Source: Mobula hypostoma (lineage: Eukaryota). From it: a stretch of DNA of 64,000 nucleotides. The notes under the pieces are model-generated. The model did not search any database. It was not told the origin of the DNA and was given only the letters and a program-made list of their open reading frames with translations. A program made the translations under genes and the position numbers. Positions 26,981 to 38,979 of the stretch are shown here, in pieces; the stretch's first letter is position 1, and each line of letters starts with the position of its first letter. Location of the stretch: assembly GCF_963921235.1 (NCBI RefSeq), contig NW_026948187.1, positions 7,068,001 through 7,132,000 of the forward strand. The letters are read 5' to 3'.

Positions 26981-28800
26981 AGTTACGGACATTTTTTAAA
27001 ATCAGTTTTTACTTGCGCTCGGTGCCACGTTCATTAGATGCAAATGCCTGGGAGATGCAGGGAACTGATCGAAACTATGTAGAGAGAAAACGTTCATTGC
27101 TGCTGTCAAGTGCCAATGAATACTCTAGTCCCGCGACATCGAGCGCTTATTCATGTCAAGAGATGCTCTCTGCTGTGATGAGTGTCGCCAGGATTTTGTG
27201 TGTGATTCTGTTCTAGGCTCAAAATTCAAAGCACAATGATTATCAAAGTACTATAATGCCCCGTCTCATACATTTACCGGCATGTTTTATGTATTTCATT
27301 TTGCAGTTCTGTAAGAGCAGTCTGTTCTGCCGGCAACATGTTTGGGTTACTGTTGAAGATAATAATTGTGTGCTCTGGAATTGGTATGGTAGATTGAGGA
27401 GGTGCTTTTCTTGGCGAGGGACACTAAGGTTGGTTTTGTTTGTTTGTTTTTTTTTGGTTCGGCGGGAGATATGGAAAGAGGACGCATGGAGAACAGACCG
27501 TAGGATTTAATCGGGTGGGAGACCCATTTCTTCGAGATGGATTGCGAGCGAATTTCGGAAGGTGTTATGTGGCCTAGTGACCAGCACGCGAGAGCCAAAG
27601 AAGTTCAAGGTTAGCTCCAACCTCTGCATATTTGACCCTTTAATTAGAGTGGGCTTTCTTCCGTTTGTTCCTCCTTGCTAACTCCTTAATTCAGTAAAAG
27701 ATTCATAAATATAATCCTTTTATAACCATATAACCACATAACAATTACAGCAAGGAAACAGGCCATCTCGGCCCTTCTAGTCTGTGCCGAGCTCTAACTC
27801 TCACCTAGTCTCACCGAACTACCCTCAGCCCATAATCCTCCATTCCTTTCCTGTCCATACATGTATCCAATTCTCCTTTAAACGACAACATCGAATGTGC
27901 TTCGACTACTTCTGCAGAAGCTCGTTCCACACAACTCTCACTCTCTGTGTAAAGAAGGTCCCCCTCGCTTCCCCCAATTTTTTGCCATTTAACTCTCAAG
28001 TCATTTACTCTTGTTTGAATCTCCCCCTTCTCAATGGAGAAAGCATATCCACGTCAACTCTATCAACCCCCCTCATAATTTAAAACACCTCTATCAGGTC
28101 CCCCCCTCGTCCTTCTGCGCTCCACAGAATAAAGACCTAACTAGTTCAACCTTTCTCTGTAACAGCAGAAGAAACCCAAACAGCATTTTAGTAAATCTCC
28201 TCAGTACTCTGTCAATTTTATTGACATCTTTCCAATAATTCGGTGACCAGCACTGTACACAATTCTCTAAATCTGGCCTTACCAGTACCTTATACAACTT
28301 CAACATGACATCTCAACTCCTGTACTCAATGCTCTGATTAATAAAGGCCAGCATACCAAAAGCATCTTCACCACTCTATCCACATGACATTCCACATTTA
28401 GGGAACTATGCACCATTATTCCTAGATCCCTCTGTTCTACAGCATTCTTCAATACGCTACCATTTACCATGCATGTCCGACTTTGATTAGTCCTCCCAAA
28501 ATGTAGCACCTCACATTGTTCAGCATTAAACACCATCTGCCATCTTTCAGCCCACTCTTCTGTCTGGTCTAAATCTCTCTGAAAGCTTTGAAAACCTACT
28601 TCATTATCCACAATTGTATGCTGTCTGTTATTTCATGGTACTGATTTGTAACACGGTGGCAAATTATACAGCACAAAACCAAACGGAGCGGAATCACCAC
28701 ATATACGTTTCGACATACTACTGTATGACGTAGTCCATATTCTTGCGAGGATACTCCAGAAATTCTTCATAGAATAATAATCATCTTTACAGTAGAGGAG
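25636..28800. repeat. Paralogous block B (matches ~43571-45605); this copy carries an extra antisense CR1 3' end at ~27720-28620
   Basis: Shared decayed CR1 with the same lesions, plus non-TE flanks (26990-27720 vs 44690-45425; 28620-28780 vs 45440-45605). Confidence 0.85.
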
Positions 28801-29495
28801 GCCGTGGATAGACATGTCGGAATGGGAATGGGATGTGGAATTAAAATGTGTGCTCCCGCCTCCATCACCCTCCCGGAGCATCCTCTGCTTTCAGCAGGGA
28901 TCGCTAGCTACGCGACTCCCTTGTCCATTCGACGCCCTTCCCACTGATCTCCCTCCTGGCACATATCCTTGTAAGCGGAACAAGTGCTACACATGCCCTT
29001 ACACCTCCTCTCTTACCACCATTCCGGTCCCAAGACAGTCCTTCCAGGTTAGTCGGCTGGGGTGATATACTGCGTCCGGTGCTCCCGATGTGGCCTTCTA
29101 TATATTGGCGAGTTCCGACGCAGATTGGGAGATCGTTTTGCTGAACAACTGCGCTCTGTCCGCCAGAGAAAGCAGGATCTCCCAGTGGCCACATATTTTA
29201 ATTCCACATCCCATTCCCATTCCGACATGTCTATCCACGGCCGGCTCTACTGTAAAGATGAAGCCACACTCAGGTTGGAGGAACAACTTGCATGAACATT
29301 GACTTCTCTAACTTCCGCTAATGCCCCACCTCCCCCTCGTACCCCATCCGTTATTTATTTACATACACACATTCTTTCTTTCACTCTCCTTTGTCTCCCT
29401 CTGTCCCTCTGACTATACCCCTTCCCCATCCTCTGGTACCCCGCGCCCCCCCCCCCCCACCAACTTTTCCTTCTCCCTGGGCCTCCTGTCCCATG
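28781..29495 (+). mobile_element. Penelope-like element 3' portion (GIY-YIG endonuclease) with a short inverted copy at its 5' side
   Basis: VIYCVRCSRCGLLYIGE...RLGDRFAE...FNSTSHSHSDMSIHG is a PLE GIY-YIG domain. 28781-28851 is the reverse complement of 29190-29261. Confidence 0.85.
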
Positions 29496-29497
29496 AT

Positions 29498-30535
29498 GTA
29501 ACGGAACAGAGGTTGGTAGATGAACAGGAAGTGTCACAGCTGGAGGTGACAATTGGCATCCCATCTCTCTCTAAAAATTTGTGGAACCCATTCAAAGCTG
29601 GTCCGTGGACCTAGAGCGCTCTCTACAGTCGCTGTTGACAGAACACTCACCAAACGCACGTTTAATCAATGAGAATGATTTTTATATGAATTCTTTAGTA
29701 CTGAGTTTCCACTGCACACTCTGTTGACCTGCGTAGGAGAGGAGACTGGAATCCGGCAGGCTGGTGGGGATCTCAACGGACCAGAGAATGTAGAAGTTAG
29801 AGCACCACAGCACATGAACTGGCCCTCTGATCCGAGGTTTGAGTCACAGAAAAGTAGGGCTCAGAAACAAACACTTCGGCCTATCCAGCTGTGCCGAAAT
29901 ATTTAAACTGCCTAATTTCATTGACCAACACCAGGAGAAAATGCCCTCCTTACTTCTGCCCTAGATGTACCAAAAGACCTTCTCTGAAACTGGATATCGA
30001 AATCTCATGCACCATTTGGGCTCGCTGCTCCTTCCACGTCTTCTGACTAAAGACGTTTCCTCTCATGTTCCCCTTCAACCTTTCAACTTTCACCCTCGGC
30101 CCATTTCTTCTCATTGCCAAATCCAGCCTTTGTGTAATAGGCTGCTTGCATTTACGCGAGCTATCGCCCTCATACTGGGGCAGGTGACGCTCGTCAGCCT
30201 CGGACCGCAGCCCGCCAAGGAGAAGGAAAACTCTGATTTTATACCTCCGCTGCCTTCCGGCCATACGCACCGACGGGAAAGACATCGGGAGTAAGCCCCG
30301 AGGAAGAAATCCGGAGTCGGTGTCTCTAAGGAAGTTTGATGCTGTTTACAACTTGACTCCTGCAGCCTCTACGGAAACAGTGCTGTCAAGCTGCAGCGGC
30401 GCTTGTCCTTCCCTTGGACGGCATCAGTGACGTGAAGAAGCCGGTGCATGGACAACAGCCGGTTCTTCAAATCTTTCCGCCCAGGCTTTTGCCCTGGAGT
30501 GGATGCAGTTCACCAGAGACGCGAACCAGTGATCT
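29498..30535. repeat. Paralogous block C (matches 53144-54183)
   Basis: Both begin gtaacggaacagaggttg and end ccagagacgcga.cca.tgatct. They share long identical runs such as gagtcacagaaaagtagggctcagaaacaaac and gtcagcctcggaccgcagcccgccaaggagaaggaaaactctgat. Confidence 0.9.
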
Positions 30536-31379
30536 AACCCCCTCGCTATATGTCCTGTGTATCACCAGTTCAGCCTTCCGAATGACCTGCAGCTGCACCT
30601 CCTGAACGCGGATTGTCTGAAGTTGCAGCTGAACGCAGTTCTCTCAGCTGTCGTCGTCAGGGTTACTGGAGTTCTCTGTCCCTTCTCAGATCTCAGTTAT
30701 CCTGCCTGGCATCTCTGTTATCCTATCTGATCAGATATAAAGAAGGGAAGGAAAATAAAACGTTTTAACCCAGTGCTTTCCTTTATTTTCTTTTCTTTGC
30801 CTACTTTGACTGAAGCCTCCCTGAGCTGACGCCTCGGCGAGCAGAAGTCTGAAGATCTCCTGCTTCACGGTCCATTCAGACGATGGCTGCTGCATTTGCC
30901 CCTGGTGTTGTCTTGCAGATCAACGACAACCGCCGCCGGGTCTCTGGCCAAAGCTGGTTTTCACTTTAAGGACCTTCTGCCGCCGTTTATACCCGTGTTG
31001 ATTGACGTCTTTTCCTCCTAAATCACCCGAAGGCCAGATTGTCCGCTGTTCAAAACTCCTTTTCTGAAAATCTTTATTTTGGAATTATCTAACTCGATAA
31101 CATTTTCAATCAACCTATGCAACTATAATTTTAAGAACTATCGGTGCAATAATTATTTAAACCCGTTTATAGCAGTATTATGGTTTGTTTTATTTATATG
31201 TTTTGATTTGTGCGTCTACCGTCCTTTCCAGACTGGCTGGATATCAGTGTCCAGCTGCGTAACCATAAGTTTCTCAATGTTCTGTCAATTTACAGACACG
31301 GCACGCATCCATGGACAGCCGACTGCTGGGATTATTAGATACACTTCCAATCTGCTTTTGTATCTCTTCTCTGACGGTC

Positions 31380-31530
31380 TGCAAATAAAGAGTTAACTGC
31401 ACCTGGCATTCCGTAGAACCTGATTAAGGGTGTGTCCGTGGGAATTGTCGACGTCACCGCGGAGGTGTGGCTGCTGGTTGCCTGGTCTATTAATATGTAC
31501 GGTATCCCTCACAACGACAGTTACAGTGAG
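31380..31530 (+). promoter_or_regulatory. Putative proximal promoter of GPCR paralogue 2
   Basis: Same 22-nt block (GACGTCA at 31450-31456), CACCTG E-box, and TATTAATA at 31488-31495, about 125 nt upstream of the ATG. Confidence 0.45.
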
Positions 31531-31619
31531 AGCACCAGTCTACGCTGTCAGAGACCAGCGGCTGCAGACAGAGAGAAGACAGAGGCTGGATCGGGAACAG
31601 GAACGTGACTATCCCAGCA

Positions 31620-31800
31620 ATGGATCATAATCTGCTAAATATATCGCGGAATGCTACGGGAATTGCAAAGAATATTGTCGGGGCGATTCAATATTATGTT
31701 GAAAATTACGAATGGCTGACGTTGGACTCACGAATCAGCGTTGTGCTTGAGATATTCAGAATGGTTTACTACCCTGTACTCGCGATTATCGCTATTCCTG
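31620..31800 (+). CDS. GPR139/GPR142-like GPCR, paralogue 2, coding exon 1
   Basis: ATG at 31620 reads MDHNLLNISRNATG...VYYPVLAIIAIP, 181 nt, with a GTAAGT donor at 31801. Sequons NIS and NAT are present. Confidence 0.9.
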
Positions 31801-32084
31801 GTAAGTGTCTCGTCTCTTCCTCACGATTAACATTAAAAAAAAACATAAGTCAGTTTCTCTTTCATAACTGTCCTCTCACGGGTCGCTAACTGCAGTGTTG
31901 GTCTTTCCACCCGGTATGGTTTCAGCAAACATCGGCTGAGTGTATTTGATAAGGTAGCCCATGCATGGCTTATTGTGAGAGTAAAGAGGCGCGTGATCCA
32001 AGGGGACATTGCTATGCGGATCGAGAAATAGCTTGTCCACTGAAGGCAAAGTGTTGCTGAAGACGGTCATATTCTGCATAGAAA

Positions 32085-32590
32085 CATAGAAACATAGAAA
32101 ATAGGTGCAGGAGTAGGCCATTCGGCCCTTCGAGCCTCAACCGCCATTCAGTATGATCATATCCAACTCAGAACCCCGTACCTGCCTTCTCACCATCTCC
32201 CCGATCGCTTTAGCTACAAGGACAATATCCAACTCCCTCTTAAATATAGCCAATGAACTGACCTCAACTGTTTCCAGTGGCAGAGAATTCCACAGATTCA
32301 CGATTCTCTGTGTGAAGAAGTTTTTGCTAATCTCGGTCCTAAAAGGCTTCAATTTTATCCTAAAACTGTGACCAGTCGTTCTGGACTTCCCCAACATCGG
32401 GAACAATCTTCCTACATCTAGCCTGTCCAATCCCCTTAGAATTTTATGCGTTTCAATAAGACCCCCTCAGTCTTCTAAATTCCAAAGAGTGTCAGCCTCG
32501 TCGATCCAGTCTGTCATTATCTGAAAGTCCCGCCACCCAGGAATCAATCTGCTCAACTTTCTTTGAACCCCCTCTATGGCAAACATTGAG
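32085..32590 (-). mobile_element. CR1 3' end inserted in the GPCR2 intron
   Basis: catagaaacatagaaacatagaaaataggtgcaggagtaggcc is the reverse complement of the tail of the intact CR1. Absent from the GPCR1 intron. Confidence 0.85.
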
Positions 32591-33788
32591 GTCTTGGACT
32601 AGTGGTGTGCCTCAGGGATGAGTTTTGGCACCCCTACTCTTCGTGATTTTTATAAATGACCTGGATGAGGAAGTGGAGCGATGGGTTAGTAGCTTTGCTG
32701 ATGAGGCAAAGGTTGGAGGTGTTGTGGATAGTCTGGAGTGTTGTCAGAGGTTTCAGCGGGACATTGATAGGATGAAAAACTGCGCTAAGAAGAGGAAGAT
32801 GGAGTTCAACACAGATAAGTGTAAGGTCGTTCATTTCGTAGGTTAAATATGATGGCAGAATATAGTATCAACGGAATTAAATAAGTAAATAAGTAGCTCT
32901 AACTTTAAAAAAAAAGTTTTTAAAAAAGGACATGAGGTCACGTGGGCATCATCACTGCCATGATTCATCGCCGACTCCAACACTGCAGAGGAAACTGACA
33001 GCATGTAGAGGGATATTAATATGTTCAGCGAATGTACCAGCGTCTGGCAGATGCAGTGTAAAGTTCGGAATGCGAGGTCATCCACTTCGGGTGGTCATAT
33101 AGAAGAACAGAATACAATTTAAGTGGTAAACGATTGCACAACGCTGCTGTTCCGAGGCACTTTGTACTGCTTGTGCTTGAATCACAAAAGGTCAGTTTAC
33201 AGGAGCAACAGGCTATCAAGAAGGCAAATGGGATGTTCGCCTTTGCTGCCAGACGGATTGCATTTCAGTGAACGGCCGTGATGTTGCCACTACGGAAGGT
33301 ACTGCTGAGACGGTATCTGGAGTACTCTGCAGTTCTGGTCTCCCGGCCTGAGGAAATGGTTCACTCTCCTCTGCAAATGTTTCTAATGAACTGGCCCTCA
33401 TTACCGCCTGTGGCGATGAACTCCACACATTAACCAGCCTCTAGGTAAATAAATGTCTCCCCATCTCTGTTCCAAGGGGATGTCTCCCGATTGTGAAACC
33501 TCGTCTTCAGTTGAAGACTCCCCATTACAGAAACTACGCTCTGCACGTCCACTGTAACAAGGCCACTCAATGCTCGATATGCTATAATGAGATTCCCCTC
33601 ATTCTCCTGAACTACAGCAGCTATATTATAATCACTACCGATTTGATAATGGCTCCCGGTAATCTACTTCGTAGATTCATAAATTCCAATCAATCTATGG
33701 TCTAGGAAGTGCTATCGATTAGAATGTTATTTTCAAAGAATGTTTCCATCCAAATGTGTGTTAATGGTCTTTATTTCCCTCCGCACAG

Positions 33789-34714
33789 CGAACGTAGTGA
33801 CAATTGTGATCTTGTCGCGGGGGAAGTGCGGTCTCTCCGAAGGCGTCACAAGGTACCTGGTTGCCATGGAAGCAGCGGATCAGCTCGTCGTTCTCTTCGA
33901 TCTGGTATTGAGCAAGATTCCGATGATTTACTGGCCAATGGAGGTTTTCTTCTGGTCGAATCGCTTTCCCGTGTGTAATATCCACGCCGCCTTGCTCTAC
34001 GCCGCCACGGACTGTCCTGTCTGGTTCACCGTCACTTTCTCCTTTGATCGATTGGTCGCCATTTGTTCTCAGAAGCTGAAACGAAGATACTGCACCGGGA
34101 GAGCGGCTGCGCTGGTTCTGGGGACAGTGACTGTGCTGAGCTGCGTAAAGAACATATTCTGGTACTTTATGGTCGAAGGGACATATTCGATGTTAATTAC
34201 GTCCTTGCTCTGTCTGAGTGGAAATGCTTTCTTTTCCCAATCTCAGGAGGCAACATTTGAACTGATTCATTTCCTACTCACCCCAACATTCCCCTTTCTC
34301 TTGATTCTCCTGCTCAACAGCTTAACCATCAGGCATGTCTTCGTAGCCAGCCGAGCCCGGAGGAGACTCCATGGTTGGCGCGAAGGCGAGACGCCCGCCG
34401 ACCCGGAGATGAAGAACCGCCGGAAATCCCTCCTGTTACTGCTGGTGATGTCGGGGAATTTCATCCTGCTGTGGGCGCTGCTGACGGTGTATTCCGTATG
34501 GGATAGCCTGTATTATTCCTTATACGTGATACCCCCGAATTCTCTGCGGGAGCTGGGCTACATGCTACAACTACTGAGCTGCTGCACCAACACGGCCCTT
34601 TACGCCGTGGTCCAGGCCAGGTTCAGGGTTCAGCTGAAGGAGACGGTTAAGTATCCCTTAAGACTCCTGTCAAAGTTCACTAGGCGTTGTCATGACCGAA
34701 TTAATCCTCAGTGA
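33789..34714 (+). CDS. GPR139/GPR142-like GPCR, paralogue 2, coding exon 2; spliced product 368 aa
   Basis: Acceptor ...ctccgcacAG at 33787-33788. The phase-1 join gives A-NVVTIVILSRGKCGLS. 926 nt, open to TGA at 34714, and colinear with paralogue 1 with no net length change. Confidence 0.92.
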
Positions 34715-35689
34715 CGCGTTTCCCATTCCGCCGCAAGATATCCCACTTCGTAAGTGGCATGTACATTTCATTTGGGGCTGTGGGCAGCCCTGATTAGCTC
34801 CCGCCCTCCCGCTCTCCATGCACAAGCACGATAGGGGACGTGATCCCAATCTGCCCCCACTGTGCTCCTTCCCGCTTACTTTCTTCACAAGTTCCCTGTA
34901 ATGAATCCTTCAGTTCCACCAAGTGGGAGATTCCACCGCTATTTGCATGCGAAGCTTTGACATCACCTCGCAATATGTCCGCTGTGCCGTGCGGTATTCC
35001 GTGCGGACCGAATGCCTGTTCGGGTACGGCCGATATTGCCGAGAGCTTTTCCTTCCAAGATCCGCAGCCGTTGAACGGTTGGGGATGACCGGTTACCGTG
35101 GACAGTCTGCAAATCTCCACATGATCCGGAATTCTTTGGAGTCTGTCTGTCACCTCGAGAATAACTCAGTAACTCGCACTCCTAAAACCACTCGTTCAAT
35201 CGCCGTTCGTACGTCTCAAGCAGCAATTGCCGACGTAATGCCTTCTCGGAAATAAAATTCATTCTTGGACACGTTGTGCAGTGGAGGTCCAATCTGTCAA
35301 ATTGGATTGAATCCATTGGGTATGTGGGGAAGGTGACTGCTGAGGAAAAGGCACCGGATATCTATTTGTTTATTGAGATTCGGCACGAAATGTGAGATGC
35401 TGTCAGAAGAATGTCTATAGCAGAAACACCATCGATTGGTGTAGATTCATCATATCGTTTTCCTGCTGACCCTTCATGAATAGTGTCTTGCACAGGAGTA
35501 TTCCACGTCAGTTACTGATTGGAACTCTCCGAAACGCCGATGCGCATCTTCACTCAGTCCCTCGTAGTTTGGCCATTTTCCTTCTCCGTTTGATTATTCA
35601 CCGTTGTGCTCAGCTCCCGCCGCTGCCTGTCAAGACTGACCACGTGGGTTTCCTCGGGGTACTCCTCTTTCCTCCCGCAGTCTAAACAC

Positions 35690-37700
35690 CGAGTTAGGTT
35701 AATTGGTCATTGCAAATTCGCCCATGAGTAGGGTTCCTGGGACCGTGAAGCATTGCGGCACCTGAAGCCCGATCGTTGAGAATGGACTCCGTGGTCGGCT
35801 TCGGGGCAAGCTTCAGGGCACAGCATCCATTCAAATTTGGTCCGGAGATTGTGTGCAGAGCGTAGAGTTAGAGGGCAACCATTCTGCATTTGCCATGTGT
35901 TGGAGATGCTCTGCCATTTGACTTGTATGAAAATGTAGATGACACATAAATACGCTTGCAGAAGACACAAAACATGATGGAGTTTTGGATTCCAATACGA
36001 CAAGGCGGTCTCTCCGTCGCCTCGAAACGGCAGGGAATTCGGGAAAAGGAGATATTTATAGGATTCTTGAGAAAAAAGGAGAGACCACCAAGATTGGTGA
36101 CATTGAGCTATGAGAGAAACCTTCAGTTTGATCGACTTGAGCCGAAGCACCCATTCGTGGACTTGTTAATCTGTATCTCCACTGTTTTATGCACTCATAT
36201 GCAAAAACAATATTTTAAAAAAAATTAACGAAACGGCAATTCGTATGCCGCTTATAAGGTGGAAAACAGCAAGGCAGATATGTTAATCTGGTAACCGAAC
36301 GTTCACATTTCAAACACATCGCACAAATGTGGCCCCCTGGTAAGCCTCAGGCCCTCTCAACTCGCTCTCGTCTAGGCGAAGCAGCCTTCGGCCCCGCAAA
36401 ACTGGGTAATTAAGTTTGTGTGGATGCTGTGTGATTATACCCCACCCGCCAAATAACAGTCAATACGCCATATACGATTAAACAATTGCAAATTATTGAT
36501 ATCATTGGAACAATATAATTAATATATAATAGGGATAAAATATAAAGGGAAAGTAAAGGGCGCCAGAATTATCAAAGTTCAACCTCTTCGTGCACAAACA
36601 GTTGGAGCTCCAGTAAAGGTCCTCTTTTCACCATTCGATCCCCTCTGACAATTTCGATCCGTCCCCTGGGACCAACCACGGTGATCGACCAGACGCGCCA
36701 CACGAGTCTCTCTTGATCTCCCCTCCGTGGACCTCGGACTCCGGCTCCGGCTCCAGCTCACAGCACTGCGTCCATTCCCTCCCTCCTCATAGTGCTTTCG
36801 GCCCAAAAACCCGCGCAACTATAGCTTACAGACACACGGAAAGAATAACATCTACCCCAATTGGTTAACAACTGAAAATAAACCAAACAATCTGATAGCG
36901 ACAGACCTTTCTCAGCAGTTAATATAACAAAGAAACCATTTTAAATAGCCTACGCAGGAAGATAACAGAATAAACCCCTTACACAAAGAGCAGACAATAG
37001 TCAGTGATTAACAGGGAGTTGTTCCGGGTTTGTGTACACACATAACTGTCTACAATAAATGTAGAGAGGGTGATTAATGATCTTACAGAGAACACAAATA
37101 TATATATTTCGAGACATACACAAAGTGCCGGAGAAGTGAAAGTTCAGAAGGTGGTCATTTCAACTAACCTGTGCTCATTTCTAATAGCCTTCACACAGAG
37201 AGTAGTTGGTGCATGGGGTGCACTTCCTGGTGTGGTGTGAAAGCACAATGATTAGTGACATTTAACAGAAGCTCGGATAGGCATGTGTACCTGAGGAAAA
37301 TTAATGTAAATACATGACATTGTGCGAGCTGACAAATCAGTTGGCCACTGGGTTACTAATTTAGCTAGTTCAGCACGACATTGCGGGGCGAAGCGTCTGT
37401 TCTTGTGTCTGTACTGTTCCACGTTCTGGATTCTAAATCAGGGATTGAACAAATGACAATTCGGAGCGACATCCTACATCGGGATTGGATACGGCAAGGG
37501 GCCAGGTGGGTTCAACGAGATGCGCGGATGAGGGGATGGATTACAAACTGACAGGTGGCACGGCAAATAAGGTGTCGGGAGTGGGCCGATGGGGCTGAAG
37601 TAAGATCCTGTGAGGAGACAGGTGGAAGAGGTAAGGGGACGAAGAAGAGGGAAGTTGAAGAGAGTTGACAATGGATGAAAGGGAAGATGGTGTTTCCCCA
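35690..37700. repeat. Paralogous block E downstream of GPCR2 (matches ~1215-2600 and ~16270-17660), interrupted by a solo LTR
   Basis: Shared aggttaattggtcattg.aaatt, agagggca.ccattctgcat and catacacaaagtgccggag anchors in the same order. Confidence 0.7.
36328..37054 (-). mobile_element. Solo LTR-like element
   Basis: TG...CA termini, flanked by acaaa/ataaa (near 5-bp TSD), and absent from the paralogous block at 1870-1960. Related to 5930-6545 and 62680-62899 in the opposite orientation. Confidence 0.65.
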
Positions 37701-38849
37701 GCTGGAGAATAATGGTAAGTCAGCTGAACAAAAGAGACGAGAGGCCATGTTGTTGGGCATCTTTAAAACAGAGTTTGAAAGGCTTTTGATGATTGAGGCC
37801 TTCAAAGGTTATGTTCGAAGGTAGTGGAATGGGGTTGGGAGGGATCGTAAATCAGCCATGACACAACGGCGGAGTAGATTCCATTTTGGTTGGAAAATAA
37901 AAATGGAAAGAGCACTATCTTCTTTCAAAATGCTGGAGGAACATAACGTCTGGGGAAATGCATAAACAGTCAAGGTTGCGCACCAAGACCTTTCTTCAGG
38001 ACTGGGAAGGATGGGGGAAGACACCAGAACCGAAAGTGGGTGTAGGGGACCAGGAGAAGAAAGATAGTTAGAATATGATAGGTGAAGCCTGTTGGTTAGG
38101 GAAGGAAAAGGGTGGGAGAGGAAGGAATCTGATAGGCTAGAGGGAGATCACTGAGAGAGGCTCTCTCTGAGCTCCTGTTGGAATGAGAATTTACATTTCT
38201 TCAAGGTAGGTATGCTCCGAGGAGACTTTGCAATGCAGCAGCAAATCATAAACACAACAGCTCCTGATGTTGGGACGCTCGATCAACAAACGCAAAATGA
38301 TGGAGAAACTTAGCTGGTCAGGCAGCATCTGTGCAATTTTTTTCGTAGGTGCGATGGGCCAACGGCCGAATTTTCATCCCGCCTTCCACCGCTCTGGAGA
38401 AAACATCCAACTGTCTTCAATGAAGGCTAACGCTTCCTTCACCTTCATTACGACCCACCCCCCGATCAGATCGCGCAAGAACTTCGATGTCGGCCCCACC
38501 AAAATCTCTGTCCCAGCGAAGAATCCTGACATTCAGACCATCAGCACATGAGATATTGGAGCAGAATTAAGCCAATTTGGCCCATCGTGTCCGCTCTGCC
38601 ATTTTATCATGACTGATCCAATTTTCCTCTCAACCCAAATCTTCATCGAGAGAGTTCCTTCATTGGCAAGGGGCCGGGTGGGTTCAGCGGGATGAAGGGA
38701 TGACAGGATGTCGGTCAAACTTATGCCCTCTTACCACAGAGTCAACCTGCGCAGCAGCGTTAGGTGTACTGTGGACACGGCCCCAAGCAGAGGTTCTCGG
38801 TAATTATACAGAAAGCTATTACACGTGTGACGGGGTCCTGAATACGCCT

Positions 38850-38978
38850 NNNNNNNNNNNNNNNNNNNNNNNNNNNNNNNNNNNNNNNNNNNNNNNNNNN
38901 NNNNNNNNNNNNNNNNNNNNNNNNNNNNNNNNNNNNNNNNNNNNNNNNNNNNNNNNNNNNNNNNNNNNNNNNNNNNNN
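38850..38978. other. Assembly gap (129 N) between the GPCR cluster and the TRBV region
   Basis: Run of N. Confidence 1.
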
Positions 38979-38979
38979 T

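Noticed and set aside
27038-27045. Ig-type octamer ATGCAAAT
   Set aside because: Absent from the paralogous block B', and no leader or V follows.
34794-35153. Minus ORF with loose V-like spacing (EIC...SW...DSLQGTC), a CACAGTG at 34864-34858 and an octamer ATTTGCAT at 34941
   Set aside because: No WYxQ or YxC motif, the heptamer is too far from the Cys, and there is no nonamer at 12 or 23 nt. Heptamers and octamers occur by chance in 64 kb.
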